Shown: positions 49,956-61,113 of the stretch, piece by piece
Numbering within the stretch: position 1 is the stretch's first letter
Layout: each line of letters begins with the position of its first letter
Assembly: GCA_018238155.1 (NCBI GenBank)
Contig: JABCTZ010000009.1
Location: 68,669 to 132,668, forward strand
Origin: Candidatus Heimdallarchaeota archaeon
GTDB taxonomy: Archaea > Asgardarchaeota > Heimdallarchaeia > JABLTI01
Direction: 5' to 3'
Length of the DNA: 64,000 nucleotides
Position numbers and translations under genes: made by a program
The notes under the pieces: generated by a model
Told to the model about the DNA's origin: nothing
The model's database searches: none
The model's input: only the letters and a program-made list of their open reading frames with translations

Positions 49956-50273
49956 ACTCTAAATCGAATTTATTCTCAAGTTTACTATTCTCCACTATAA
50001 ATCTAAAAGCTATCCGCGAACGAAAAAAAACCCTTTATGTCGCCTTCTTTTTAAATTCTCGTCATTTTCCCGACTCTGTAACTATACAAGAAAAAACAAA
50101 CAGTGATTCATGAAAAAATAAACGTTGACCTCATGCTTAAAAACATTGCATTTTTTCTTTAGATACTTTTCAAGTGCTAACAAAACGATTGTTCAATATG
50201 TGTATTGTAAAAAATGTATTTAAATATATAATTAACAGTAAAATAACTCATATATTATTGAGGTTACATAGTA

Positions 50274-51230
50274 ATGATTCTAAAAGAAAATCTAACGTTA
50301 AAGTACTTTCGATTGATATATTTTCCAATTCATTTTCTGCTCGAGATTACTCTTACAGTTCTTTTTCTTATTATGCCATTTTCTATTCAAAAAGGATCTT
50401 TTTCTACTGCCGGATATACCTGTGTTTTTGGGATTATTTTAGCTTGCACTTCATTCATTCTTGCAGTTGGTATTTCTTATCTGTTCATCAGTGTTTTTCA
50501 GTTTAGGAAAGAAGAACGAGCACAATTTTTCAATAAAGAAAAAAATCAAAAAATATTTATCATTAGTATTGTTTTTCTATTGCTAGTACGAATTGGTATT
50601 CTTGCTTGTGCACTCGTGTTTCAAATTCCATTTACTGCTGAATTTGATCGAACTGCTGCAATATTGGTTCTGATTGGAATTAGCACAATACCTCCATTTT
50701 TGTTGCATTTCCTATCCAATTTTGAAATTTCCCCAACTAGAGTTTTCTCATTATCTAAAGAAGCTCCTCTTACCATTAAAATTGCTACGATTTGGTTAGT
50801 ATTTTTAACAGGTGCTATGCAAGTATTTTCAACAGAACCAGTAATATTGATTATTAGTCTCATCATTTTGATTTGTTCATACTTCTTTTTTATTCTTAAT
50901 AGATTAGCAGTTTCCTTTTCAGCAATAGTCCTCTTTATTCATGCTGCTTATAGTTTTCTCGTCACTGGAATTATTTTTGCAAATATGGAAGAACAAGTAG
51001 CTAAGTTCAATGAGCAAGGATTTGATTACACTCAAACAGATGCATTACTCGTCAATATTTTCTTCTTTCTTATTCCAGGTGTTATTTCATTGGTTCTCGC
51101 TGTAAATTTCTATCGAAAATCGGTAACTAGTTGGGTTAGGTCGCTGTATCCTGATTCTGAGAGTGAAATGGAAATTACCAATTATTACGCTGATGAGGAC
51201 GAAGATGATTCACCCGATGATTTTGACTAA
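50274..51230 (+). CDS. Hypothetical multi-pass membrane protein with acidic C-terminal tail
   Basis: About 8-9 hydrophobic segments, DEDEDDSPDDFD tail, GAGGT RBS. Confidence 0.7.
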   Translation: MILKENLTLKYFRLIYFPIHFLLEITLTVLFLIMPFSIQKGSFSTAGYTCVFGIILACTSFILAVGISYLFISVFQFRKEERAQFFNKEKNQKIFIISIVFLLLVRIGILACALVFQIPFTAEFDRTAAILVLIGISTIPPFLLHFLSNFEISPTRVFSLSKEAPLTIKIATIWLVFLTGAMQVFSTEPVILIISLIILICSYFFFILNRLAVSFSAIVLFIHAAYSFLVTGIIFANMEEQVAKFNEQGFDYTQTDALLVNIFFFLIPGVISLVLAVNFYRKSVTSWVRSLYPDSESEMEITNYYADEDEDDSPDDFD

Positions 51231-51357
51231 ATGATGCGTTGATTTTTTCTGCTGAAATTATGTATGTGTATATGTATGAAATCATCTCTAATCTCTCTTA
51301 GAACTTGAACAACAAACTTCTAAAAGTTCAATGTCCATCTTTTTGTGAAGTGTTAAG

Positions 51358-52257
51358 ATGACTGATTACTTAATCGTTCTAAATAAGGATGAAAATACTG
51401 TTAATTTTATTGATGAACCAACAAGAAAAATAGTCAAAACTGTTTCTGTAGGAAAGAATCCTCATGAAGTTTCTGTTACTCCTAATGGAAAGAAAGCTTA
51501 CATTTCTTGCGCAGGTGAAAATACTATTGAAGTATTTGATATGGAAAAACTTGAGCTGCTAATAATCATTAAACATCCCGAGTTCCGTTTTCCTCATGAA
51601 TCTGCAATTCTTCCTGATGGTTCAAAAGTTGTTTTGGCAAGCACATATGCGAACAAGGTATTTATTATTGACGTTGCTACTGATGCAGTCGAAAAAATCA
51701 TTGATGGTAGAAGAATGACTCACATGGTTTCCATTCAACCTGATGGTTCCAAAGCTTATATTAGTAACATTGGTGATAATTCGGTCTCTGTTTTAGATAT
51801 TGCAACAATGAAATGGTTAACACACATCCCAGTTGGTCGAAGTCCTGAGGGCATCAATATAAGTCCAGATGGTAAATGGTTGTATTGTGCGAATCAAGAT
51901 GATGATCAAGTCTTCGTAATTGATACTAGTAATAATGCTTTGCATGCTAGAATATCCACTGGAAGAGTTCCCATTCGTGTTACTTTCAGTAGGGATGGAA
52001 CTTTAGCTTTTATTCCAAATCGTGAAGGGAATTGTGTTTCAGTAGTTAAGGTAGAAACACATCGAGAAATTAAACGAATTCCAGTTGGAATCTGGGCTGG
52101 TGGTACAGTGGTTAATGCTAAAGGAGACAAACTTTATGTTGCTAATAACAAAACCAATGATATTTCTGTTATTGACGTTAAAACACTCAAAGTTGTTGAT
52201 ACAATAGACGTAGGTCTCCACCCTGATGGTATAGCTTTCTGCCATGTTGGTGAATAA
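51358..52257 (+). CDS. YVTN/YncE-family beta-propeller repeat protein (no signal peptide)
   Basis: Repeated VG..P......PDG...YV.N....VSVID units. Confidence 0.88.
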   Translation: MTDYLIVLNKDENTVNFIDEPTRKIVKTVSVGKNPHEVSVTPNGKKAYISCAGENTIEVFDMEKLELLIIIKHPEFRFPHESAILPDGSKVVLASTYANKVFIIDVATDAVEKIIDGRRMTHMVSIQPDGSKAYISNIGDNSVSVLDIATMKWLTHIPVGRSPEGINISPDGKWLYCANQDDDQVFVIDTSNNALHARISTGRVPIRVTFSRDGTLAFIPNREGNCVSVVKVETHREIKRIPVGIWAGGTVVNAKGDKLYVANNKTNDISVIDVKTLKVVDTIDVGLHPDGIAFCHVGE

Positions 52258-52335
52258 AAGGGGAGAGATTATTTTTTACCACCACAATATTTAATTCATT
52301 TGATAAATTACACGATTCAATAATTGGTGTTTTGA

Positions 52336-53217
52336 ATGGAATATCTAGTTAAAGTCAATTCTGAACTTTGTATTGGTTGTAAAGCGTGTATTGATGTTTG
52401 CCCTCGTGATTGTTTCGTTCTAAATGCTGAAGGTAAATCTGAAATGGGTTCTCATTTATGCCATTCTTGTGGTCATTGTATTTCCATTTGTTCTGAAAAC
52501 GCAATCAAGCATCGGGATATTAATGAACATGAGTATCTAATGATTAGCGATATTTTAGAATCTAAAATGAAAGATGGTGGGCAATTATTCTATTTACTTA
52601 AATCTATTAGAAGTACTCGGAAATATAAGAGTAAATCAATTTCTAAGGAAATATTAACTCAAATAGTAGAAACGGGACGATTTTCACCTACCGGTCATCA
52701 TGCTCAAAATGTTGAAATGGTAATTGTTGAATCTCCCAAAACAATTCAACAACTAAAAGATGAAACAGCAGTAGCCTTCAAAGGATTTTTGAAAAAAATT
52801 GACAATCCTTTCATTCGCTTTCTGGGTTTTTTGCTTGGGAAAGGAGACTCTATTCGAAAAGCTCGTGGTTCTCGTGCAAGGTTTGTGCGGATGCTTTCGG
52901 GATTTGCAGAAGGATCAGATTATCTCTTTCATGATGCTCCAGTTGTCATTGTTTTTCATGCAAAGACGAGGGGAGTTGTTCCTTTGGAAAATTGTACTAT
53001 TGCTTCTACCCATATGCGAATTGTCAGTGAAGGTTTTGGATTAGGATCATGTTATATCGGCTATTTGGTATATTCCTCAAAGTATAATCATAAAATTCGT
53101 GAAATATTAAATATACCAAAAGAAAATACTATTTTTCAAGTAATGATCGTTGGTTATCCCAAGCATAAATATAGGACATTTGTTGCTAGAAATCCAGCTA
53201 AAGTACAGTGGAAATAA
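52336..53217 (+). CDS. Nitroreductase family protein with N-terminal 2[4Fe-4S] ferredoxin domain
   Basis: CIGCKACIDVCP, CHSCGHCISIC, RSTRKY, SPTGHHAQ, GLGSCYIG, GYP. Confidence 0.9.
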   Translation: MEYLVKVNSELCIGCKACIDVCPRDCFVLNAEGKSEMGSHLCHSCGHCISICSENAIKHRDINEHEYLMISDILESKMKDGGQLFYLLKSIRSTRKYKSKSISKEILTQIVETGRFSPTGHHAQNVEMVIVESPKTIQQLKDETAVAFKGFLKKIDNPFIRFLGFLLGKGDSIRKARGSRARFVRMLSGFAEGSDYLFHDAPVVIVFHAKTRGVVPLENCTIASTHMRIVSEGFGLGSCYIGYLVYSSKYNHKIREILNIPKENTIFQVMIVGYPKHKYRTFVARNPAKVQWK

Positions 53218-53239
53218 TCGTTATCATAGGTGAGAAAAA

Positions 53240-53815
53240 ATGACTGATTTAAACACTTTCCTCAAAAATAATAAAAAATCTATTCATGAATTGCTTAATC
53301 ATATGTGGCAAACAATTGAACGTATAGCTTTACAATTTGAGACAGCTTTACCTGATGTCGATTTAGAAAATTCCCATGGAAATTACATTAGAATTGACAA
53401 AGGTTGGTCTGAAGCCATTTATGCTAACCCAAGTATTATTTTTCCTTTTGGAGAATTTGGCTATTCTTTAGATGGACTTTTTTGTGTATTTTCAATCAAC
53501 CCTAAAACATTCAATGAGGAGATCTTAGGTAAGATTGTAGCAATCTCTCGAGAGAACCCTGCAATAGCCTTTGAAATTTATGGCGGTGATGATTGCTTCC
53601 AAACGTTCTTTCATTCCAAAGATGAAAGAGATTTTGATACTATTATGGCAGAAATACAGAGTGCTCCTGAAGAAACCATTCAACTGGAATTAACTGTTGA
53701 AGCTGTTACAGAAGAAGCAATAAAAGAAGCACTTGTTACAACCACCTTAAAAATTCATCATCTATTGAAAGAAAAACAATGTTTAATGGTTTTACCTCGT
53801 TATTCTTCTGAATAA
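53240..53815 (+). CDS. Hypothetical protein, DUF3201-like
   Basis: IHELLN.MW, GNYI.ID..W...Y.NP, GE.G, EIYG; recalled similarity to an archaeal DUF3201 family. Confidence 0.5.
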   Translation: MTDLNTFLKNNKKSIHELLNHMWQTIERIALQFETALPDVDLENSHGNYIRIDKGWSEAIYANPSIIFPFGEFGYSLDGLFCVFSINPKTFNEEILGKIVAISRENPAIAFEIYGGDDCFQTFFHSKDERDFDTIMAEIQSAPEETIQLELTVEAVTEEAIKEALVTTTLKIHHLLKEKQCLMVLPRYSSE

Positions 53816-53862
53816 ATCAGAAGCTTAACTTGCTTCCACTCTTTCCAAGATTACTGCATTGT

Positions 53863-54762
53863 TTATCCTTTCATTTGCTCTGATTTTTCTCGTTGTTTTA
53901 GTATCTCATCTTTGAATGTTGCATTTTGTAGAACTTCGTAATCATTGTTGAGATATAAGAGAGTTAATGAACAATCAAACAACGGATAGAGTATTGCTCT
54001 GATAAAAATCATTATTATCCCCATCCAATCTCCAGTCATTTCAATTAAGGTATTTGTCAAAATCCAAGGGAGAATAATACTGACAAAGGCATAAATTCCA
54101 ACAATCATTGAGGTTTTAAGCCAATTACTACTTCTTGTTAAATCCCAGGAACGTTGAAATGCTCCTCCTACAGACAACTCATCTTTATTAATGGCAACAA
54201 CAAACAAGCTAATCTTGCTTCCCAGTATAAGTGGTATGCTAATTGAAAATGCAAACATTGTCCAACTAACGAATGGTACGCGTGCATTGAAAAGAATCGC
54301 GAAAAGAAAGAGTAAAGCTGGAACAGCAAGAAATCCAATTAATATTAAAGAAGCAACAAATATTTCTACAAATCTTTTAAAGGTCATTTCAATAGCCCAA
54401 AAAACATTTGCTTTTGCTTTTTCAACTGTTTTCCAACAAATGTTTGTTATTATCGAACTTCTTAAGATGCTTAATAGTACTGTAATAATTATCAAAGGAA
54501 TCAGATACGGTGTTACATACTCATTTCTAAAATCGAGTGAAAAAATAAATTGCCTTGAAATAAAATCATATTTAAGAGTAATTAAAACTAAGTAAAATAT
54601 ACCAAAGATTAGCATTTCAGGTATTAATGAAATAGTAAACATTTGAGCGAATTGCTTGAAATAAATTCTGAAAGGAGCAATTAGTAATTTAAAAAATCCA
54701 TATTCACTAATTTTTTGGTTACTAGCTTGTTTCTTTTCAACTTTATCTTCCTGTTCACTCAT
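53863..54762 (-). CDS. Membrane protein (GDPD membrane-anchor-like, about 6 TM)
   Basis: Six TM helices, AFQRSWDLTR..W.K, TLLY. Confidence 0.6.
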   Translation of the reverse strand: MSEQEDKVEKKQASNQKISEYGFFKLLIAPFRIYFKQFAQMFTISLIPEMLIFGIFYLVLITLKYDFISRQFIFSLDFRNEYVTPYLIPLIIITVLLSILRSSIITNICWKTVEKAKANVFWAIEMTFKRFVEIFVASLILIGFLAVPALLFLFAILFNARVPFVSWTMFAFSISIPLILGSKISLFVVAINKDELSVGGAFQRSWDLTRSSNWLKTSMIVGIYAFVSIILPWILTNTLIEMTGDWMGIIMIFIRAILYPLFDCSLTLLYLNNDYEVLQNATFKDEILKQREKSEQMKG

Positions 54763-54922
54763 GATTTATCATTTTTGGTGTCATTCATAATTATTTCTAC
54801 TCCTCTAATTTTCTCTATATTTTCTTCCTCTTTTTGAGAAAAGCTCTCTTTTTTAGAGCATAAATTTTCTACATTTTGAATTGATAGAATAGACCATGTG
54901 AAAAAAAGAAAAGGAGTATAGG

Positions 54923-56521
54923 TTAACCCGCGAGTAATGTATTTAAGTATACTACTATTTGATTTATCGGCAATGGTGTACATATAATTGCCAAAAAATA
55001 TCCAAATACAAGGTAGATATATTTTGACTTATGAACCTTAGTTACATCATCCGTAGGACCTGGATGTTTTTGGAACATCCCCATGAATAGTACTAGAAAA
55101 CCAAAGATCATTGTGAATTTATTTAGTGCTAACAATAGACCGATAACTATAGTGATTATTCGGTGAGGAGCATCACCAAAGACTGCTCGGGCAGTGTGTC
55201 CTCCATCCAATTGGCTTGCTGGCATCAAGTTAATACCTGTTAGGATAAAACCAACCCATCCTGCAAAAGCGACTGGATGTTGTGCTAGAGCTTGTGTTGT
55301 GGGGTCATAATATGGTATTATTCCAGCAAAAAAACTAAACCTCTCTAGCCAATTGCTTAGAAAAACGGTTGGTATTAACGTTATATCAATTGTCTCTCCT
55401 GTGGGAGCAGGGATATCAATTACATAAGTAAGTTTTAACCCAACAATAAATATTGGTACTGCTACTGCGAACCCCGCTATTGGACCTGAAAAACCGATAT
55501 CAAATAAATCATCTCGAGTGGCAATTTGTTCTTTTTGTTGAATCATTGCACCAAATGTTCCAAGAGTTGGAAATGCCGGAAATGATGGAATTGGAATGAA
55601 AAATGGCAACGAAGCATCTATCTTCTTATTTCTCGTTACAAAGTAGTGACCAAATTCGTGTACCGTCAAAATACCCATTAAACAAATAGTATAAAGAAAA
55701 ATATCGAGAGCCATATTTCCTGCAATATTGTAGGTTTCAAATGTTCTTGAAATATATGACCAACCTGCTAATGAGACAGTAACGATTGTAGCTACAAATA
55801 GTCCAATGTTCAAGGCAATCTTCTTAAATTGAAATTGTTGGTGGGCTGTTTCTTTCTCCCAATAATAAAATCGAATGACAATTTGCTTATTACCCGGAGC
55901 AATAGCTTCAGTACGAATGAGTATTTTTAAATTATTTTCAGTGAAAATAGATTCATTTCTCAAGGCAGAAAACTTTGTTCTCCCCGCCTCTTGCTCGGGT
56001 CTCTGAACGACGATTTTTGGTCCAATACTTTCAATAATTTGACTATCAATAATTTGTAAATGCCTAGCTATTACTTCATTTATTTCATCTAATGTTAAAT
56101 CTATTTCTTTTAAAGTCTTTATTTTTGGTGCTACGACACTTATTTTATTCTTGATTTCAATTCGTGCTGTATCAACTTCTGCTTTCAAATATGATAAACC
56201 ATTTCTTGTGAGCGGTGCACCACAAATACCACAAGTATCTCCTGATGTTGTGCCATTACAATCCCAACATTTTATTCCACTTGGTGTTTCTGATCTCGCA
56301 ATAATTTTTTCTTTGATATCTGGTTTGAGTGGTGCTCTACATTTGAAACATTTTATAACATCAGGGTCAGGTGTTGCTGCACCACAATTCCAGCAAAAAC
56401 TTTTATCTTCTTCTGTTAAATAGTTATTATTATTTTCTTTTGTTGAAATAATATCTGTTTCGGCTATTTTTGTTGTAGATTCATTGTTTTTATCAAAATG
56501 ATTTGTTTTTTCTGATGTCAA
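54923..56521 (-). CDS. Site-2 protease (peptidase M50, EGY-like) with N-terminal double zinc ribbon
   Basis: CWNC/CFKC/CWDC/CGIC, HEFGH, LPFFIP, GT.GA, FDIG.SGP.AG, NLMPASQLDGGH. Confidence 0.9.
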   Translation of the reverse strand: MTSEKTNHFDKNNESTTKIAETDIISTKENNNNYLTEEDKSFCWNCGAATPDPDVIKCFKCRAPLKPDIKEKIIARSETPSGIKCWDCNGTTSGDTCGICGAPLTRNGLSYLKAEVDTARIEIKNKISVVAPKIKTLKEIDLTLDEINEVIARHLQIIDSQIIESIGPKIVVQRPEQEAGRTKFSALRNESIFTENNLKILIRTEAIAPGNKQIVIRFYYWEKETAHQQFQFKKIALNIGLFVATIVTVSLAGWSYISRTFETYNIAGNMALDIFLYTICLMGILTVHEFGHYFVTRNKKIDASLPFFIPIPSFPAFPTLGTFGAMIQQKEQIATRDDLFDIGFSGPIAGFAVAVPIFIVGLKLTYVIDIPAPTGETIDITLIPTVFLSNWLERFSFFAGIIPYYDPTTQALAQHPVAFAGWVGFILTGINLMPASQLDGGHTARAVFGDAPHRIITIVIGLLLALNKFTMIFGFLVLFMGMFQKHPGPTDDVTKVHKSKYIYLVFGYFLAIICTPLPINQIVVYLNTLLAG

Positions 56522-56622
56522 AAAAGAGACCTCAATATCCAGCTTCTACGTTATATCTCATCATTCAATTTAATAAAGACTACTTATATTTCGAAATACA
56601 TATTGAGCTGAAAAAATATTTT

Positions 56623-58260
56623 CTACAGCGTAAAAAGAAATGATGGTAAGGGAAAACATATCACTGCAATTGTAATTGCGAATCCCCCAAGAATATATCT
56701 TGACCAATGAGGTTGTAATGCTTCATTTGTTATTGGTGTTTGATACAGACTTCTCGGAACGAACATTGTTAATACTCCTAGCCCCCATGTAGTAAAATTA
56801 AACATGAGGAATAGTGATGTCACATAGGAAAAGATTCGAGCGAGTCGTTCTCCAAATAAACTTCGAAACATGAAACCACCATCAAGAATAGATCCGGGTA
56901 AATAATTCAGTCCATTTAAAATCAACCCTACAATTGCTGCATATGTAAGCGGGTGAATAAATGATACTTGAGTTTCCGGATTAATGATAGGTGCTAAATT
57001 GGTAACTGTACCAAACCAATTGAAGAACATCATGATAAGCATTACTGGGTCAAATTGCTGAATTTCAGCGATTCTATCAAGAGACGTTTGGGATAATTCA
57101 GAAATTTCAGCTATATATGGTGAAGAAAGTCCGATTAGTAGGAGAGCTATTGATGTTACCACTCCTGCAAGTGGTCCATAAAAATAAAGATCAAATAAAT
57201 CATTCCGTTTATGCACTGGATTCACCACTCGAATAAATCCTCCTGCTGCACCAAGCAGAAAGTAGCTCATAAATCCGGGAATAGGTGGAATAGGAAGGAA
57301 GTATGGCAAAGACAGGGTAATTTTTTTCACTCGCTGAACAATGTAGTGTGCTAGTTCATGCATTACCGAAATTCCAAGCAAAGCACAAGTAAAAATGGTG
57401 ATGTCAATAGCCATGCTTCTTTCAATTGAAAAGAGATCAAAAACCTCTCGAGTGTAGAACCACCCTGCTAAGATAATTGTCGTAATTGTTAAAGCTAGAG
57501 CTAGGAGCTTCCAACGAATATTTTTGAATTCAAATCTATTGACTTCTTCAAGAGGTTTCCAGTAGAAGAAGCGTATTATTATTAGATCAGCTTCATTAGA
57601 TGGAATCCTTATTCCTTTGAAGAGTACTCTGAGATTATTTTCCACAAGTAATTTTTCGTGCTCAAATTTATCATAAAACCTGCTTTCAACCGGTCGCTCA
57701 ACAATCATCTCTGGTCCATAATTTGTAAGAGTAGAGTGTTTTATTGTGAAATGTTTTGCAATAGCTGATTCTAAATCAGTGAATTTCAGTGCAATTTTAA
57801 TCAACTGTCGATCCTTCGGTGACAAAATAAAAAGAAATTCCTGTTCTTCTACTAATTTCATTTCAGCACTATGCTTAATATCTGCTGTTAGTGATTCCAT
57901 TCCCTCTGCTGTTAGAGGACTACCACACACTCCACAAATATTTCCTGAAGTTGTCCCTCTACATCTCCAGCATTTAATAGTTTCTGCACTAATGTGACGG
58001 TTTAATACTTCTTGTTTAATACTCTCTTTTATTGGTGCTCTGCATACACTACACCAATCACTTTCCTTCAAATTTGAATTACAATTCCAACATTTAGTCT
58101 GAACCTTGGTTGTTTTTGATAAATCAGCCATTTCAAATAGAACTTCATCCCATGATTTTCCGGCATCTTTTTTTGAGGTTTCAACATTGTTTTTTAGCTC
58201 TTTCTCAATATCCACATTCTGTTCTTCATTTTTCTTACTGTTCTTGTTTTCCTCATTCAA
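56623..58260 (-). CDS. Site-2 protease (peptidase M50) paralogue with N-terminal double zinc ribbon
   Basis: CWNC/CSVC/CWRC/CGVC, HELAH, LPYFLP, GPLAG, NYLPGSILDGGF. Confidence 0.88.
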   Translation of the reverse strand: MNEENKNSKKNEEQNVDIEKELKNNVETSKKDAGKSWDEVLFEMADLSKTTKVQTKCWNCNSNLKESDWCSVCRAPIKESIKQEVLNRHISAETIKCWRCRGTTSGNICGVCGSPLTAEGMESLTADIKHSAEMKLVEEQEFLFILSPKDRQLIKIALKFTDLESAIAKHFTIKHSTLTNYGPEMIVERPVESRFYDKFEHEKLLVENNLRVLFKGIRIPSNEADLIIIRFFYWKPLEEVNRFEFKNIRWKLLALALTITTIILAGWFYTREVFDLFSIERSMAIDITIFTCALLGISVMHELAHYIVQRVKKITLSLPYFLPIPPIPGFMSYFLLGAAGGFIRVVNPVHKRNDLFDLYFYGPLAGVVTSIALLLIGLSSPYIAEISELSQTSLDRIAEIQQFDPVMLIMMFFNWFGTVTNLAPIINPETQVSFIHPLTYAAIVGLILNGLNYLPGSILDGGFMFRSLFGERLARIFSYVTSLFLMFNFTTWGLGVLTMFVPRSLYQTPITNEALQPHWSRYILGGFAITIAVICFPLPSFLFTL

Positions 58261-58462
58261 AAGAATGCACCATCTTTTTCTCTATACAGAATATCAATGA
58301 ATTGATTATTTAAGTTTCTATTTAAAGCCCAAAAATTTAATTTATAATACAAGAAAAGCATTTTGCTACACTTAGAAAAACCTAAAAATGAAAAGAATAA
58401 TTCCCCGAACATACAACAAAAACCGATTTTCCAAAGCATGCAGAAAAAAGGGATGAATTAGT

Positions 58463-58945
58463 GTGGTAAAATATAGAATACGAAGATTTAATCAAGAAAC
58501 AGATATTGACGAGGTTCAACAAGTAAACAGTGTCTGTCTTCCCGAAAACTATCCAAAATTTTTCTTTCTTGAGATTGCAGATAAATTTCCAGAAGGATTC
58601 AATGTAGCTGAAATAGACGAAGATCTAGGTGAAATAATCGGATATGAAATGACTCGTATTGAAAGAGGTTTATCGAATTTTGGTTTTGGAATTTGTAAGA
58701 AAGGACATATTATCTCAATTGCTGTATTGGACAAATATCGTAGATTACAAATAGCTAAGAAATTAATGGCTGCAGCTCATGACGCATTGCGCCTACGTGC
58801 TGTACGAGAAGTATATTTGGAAGTACGAGAATCAAATCAAGCAGCAGTTAATCTCTACCAAAAGCTTGGTTATCACCAGCATAAAATTTCCAGGCACTAT
58901 TATACCGATGGTGAATCTGCAATTATTATGGTTAGCAAAATATAA
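58463..58945 (+). CDS. ard1: N-terminal acetyltransferase, archaeal Ard1/RimI (NAA10-like)
   Basis: N..CLPENY, GHIISIAV, YRR..IA, LEVRESN..A..LY..LGY, YY.DGE.A..M. Confidence 0.88.
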   Translation: MVKYRIRRFNQETDIDEVQQVNSVCLPENYPKFFFLEIADKFPEGFNVAEIDEDLGEIIGYEMTRIERGLSNFGFGICKKGHIISIAVLDKYRRLQIAKKLMAAAHDALRLRAVREVYLEVRESNQAAVNLYQKLGYHQHKISRHYYTDGESAIIMVSKI

Positions 58946-58995
58946 CAAAAAAAATGCTAATCTCAAAATAACTCTTTTCTATTAAGATTTTCTAT

Positions 58996-59039
58996 AAAAA
59001 AAAATAAGAGGGGAAGTTCTAAGAGATTATCTCTTAGAA
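58996..59039 (-). terminator. Hairpin plus U-tract after the thermosome gene
   Basis: ttctaagaga-tta-tctcttagaa (59017-59039) and an A9 run at 58996-59004. Confidence 0.5.
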
Positions 59040-60680
59040 GCCGTCCATACCAGGAGGCATTCCGCCAGGCATACCACCTGGAGCACCACCTGGTGAAGAT
59101 TTAGCTGCAATGATATCATCAATTCTGAGAATCATTTGAGCTGCTTCACTAGCGGAAGTAATAGCTTGTCGTGTAACACTAACAGGTTCGAAAATTTTAG
59201 CTTTAACCATATCAAGAGGTTTACCAGTTTGAAGATCAACGCCTGCTGTATGACCACCTTTATCGTGTTCAGCTCGTAAAGCAGCAAGAACATCGATAGG
59301 ATCTAATCCGGCATTTTCAGCTAAGGTTCTTGGAATAATTTCAAGAGCTTCAGCAAATTTCTCAACTGCTAGCTGTTCTCTACCTGCGAGAGAATTAGCG
59401 TATTCTTTCAATTTTCGTGATAGATGAATTTGAGGAGCTCCTCCACCTGGAACAACAACACCATCTTGGATAATGTTTCGAACTACACAGAGAGCATCAT
59501 GGATTGAACGATCTGCTTCATCAACGATCATGTCGCTTCCACCACGAATCATAATACTAACGCTCTTTGGATTTGCACAACCTTCAATGAAAACGAAATC
59601 ATCATCGGCAATTTTGCGTTCTTCAACAGTTTTAGAAGCACCAAGATCACTTGTTTCAATACCGTCAATTCTGGTTACAATGCTTGCACCTGTGGCCATT
59701 GCAAGTTTTTCCATATCGGACTTCTTGATTCGTCTAACTGCAAGGATTCCTTTCTTGGAGAGGAAGTGTTGAGCTAAGTCATCAATTCCTTTTTGTGAGA
59801 GAACTACTGTAGCACCGGAAGCAATAATCTTATCAACCATATCTTTGATCATTGATTGTTCTTGATCAAGAAATGATTTCATTTGATCAGGACTGGTAAT
59901 ATTGATTTTAGCATCAAATTCAGTTTTAGAAATTTCAACTGCAGCATCAATCAAGAGTATTTTAGCATCTTCGATTTTCTTAGGCATGCCAGAATGAACA
60001 ATGCTCTTGTCGAGGATAATTCCCTTAATCAATTCTGTTTCCTTAATGGATTCACCTTTTTTCTTCTCAATTTTGATATTATCTATGTCGCAGGTTTTCT
60101 TTCCATTATCTTCAACTGTAACTGCTAAAGCAGCTTCAATAACTAATTCAGAAAGATAATCGCTGTGACCAGCAATAACTTTGCTACCCATAGAAGTCTT
60201 TACTCCTTCTTTGAGCATTGCTTTATCACCAATATCAACATTGATAGCCATCGTTTCTAAGTGTTTCAAAGCTTTGATAGTTGCTTTTCTATACCCATCA
60301 ACAATAATGCTTGCGTGAACATCTTGAGATAAAAGATCTTCAGCTTGCTTCAATAATTCACCTGCAATAACGACTACAGAAGTTGTTCCATCACCCACTT
60401 CGTCATCTTGAACTTTTGCTAGCTCTACAATAAATTTAGCTGCTGGGTGTTGAATTTCCATTTCTTTTAGGATGGTTGCACCATCATTAGTAATGACAAC
60501 ATCTCCAAAGGAGTCGACTAACATCTTATCTAGACCTTTTGGACCAAGAGCAGATCTAATTGCTTCCGCAACAACTTTTGCAGCGGCAATGTTGTTTTGT
60601 TGAGCATTTTTACCTGTTGTCCTTTCGGTACCTTCTCTGAGGAGCAGCACCTGTTGGCCGCCGAGATTTACGAGACTCAT
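59034..60680 (-). CDS. ths: Thermosome (group II chaperonin) subunit
   Basis: [45 protein letters not shown] tail. Confidence 0.97.
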   Translation of the reverse strand: MSLVNLGGQQVLLLREGTERTTGKNAQQNNIAAAKVVAEAIRSALGPKGLDKMLVDSFGDVVITNDGATILKEMEIQHPAAKFIVELAKVQDDEVGDGTTSVVVIAGELLKQAEDLLSQDVHASIIVDGYRKATIKALKHLETMAINVDIGDKAMLKEGVKTSMGSKVIAGHSDYLSELVIEAALAVTVEDNGKKTCDIDNIKIEKKKGESIKETELIKGIILDKSIVHSGMPKKIEDAKILLIDAAVEISKTEFDAKINITSPDQMKSFLDQEQSMIKDMVDKIIASGATVVLSQKGIDDLAQHFLSKKGILAVRRIKKSDMEKLAMATGASIVTRIDGIETSDLGASKTVEERKIADDDFVFIEGCANPKSVSIMIRGGSDMIVDEADRSIHDALCVVRNIIQDGVVVPGGGAPQIHLSRKLKEYANSLAGREQLAVEKFAEALEIIPRTLAENAGLDPIDVLAALRAEHDKGGHTAGVDLQTGKPLDMVKAKIFEPVSVTRQAITSASEAAQMILRIDDIIAAKSSPGGAPGGMPGGMPPGMDGF

Positions 60681-60774
60681 TTCTTAAAATCACCTTATAT
60701 TTTTTAGATTTGTAAAATTTCTTTATTTTGCGGTTTATTTCCCGCTAGATATGCTTTTTTGTGATTTATAGTGA

Positions 60775-60789
60775 TATTTAAAGCTTTCC
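60775..60789 (-). promoter_or_regulatory. BRE/TATA promoter of the thermosome gene
   Basis: Minus strand ggaaagc-tttaaata about 95 nt upstream of the ATG; GGTGA RBS near 60689-60693. Confidence 0.45.
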
Positions 60790-61113
60790 TACACTACTCG
60801 TAAAAAAATATGTTATGATAAAAGAACCAATAACCAAACTATAGCTAGCTAATATAACCATTTTTTAAAAACATTGTAAAGAATAAGCTGCTCAAAAATA
60901 ATTTTACGTTTCTCTTTGGTTATTAGAGAAGAATGAAATTTAGTTGCTTTTTTATGAATCTTCCTAATAAACAAATAAAGAAATCCAAGATTATCCATTT
61001 GTTCAATAGTAGATATTTTTACTTCTGCTGATTTAACCATTCGATTCTATGTTTATCGAAATTCATCCCTCAATGCTTTTTATATATATGCTGTTTTTAT
61101 TACTTGATGAAGT

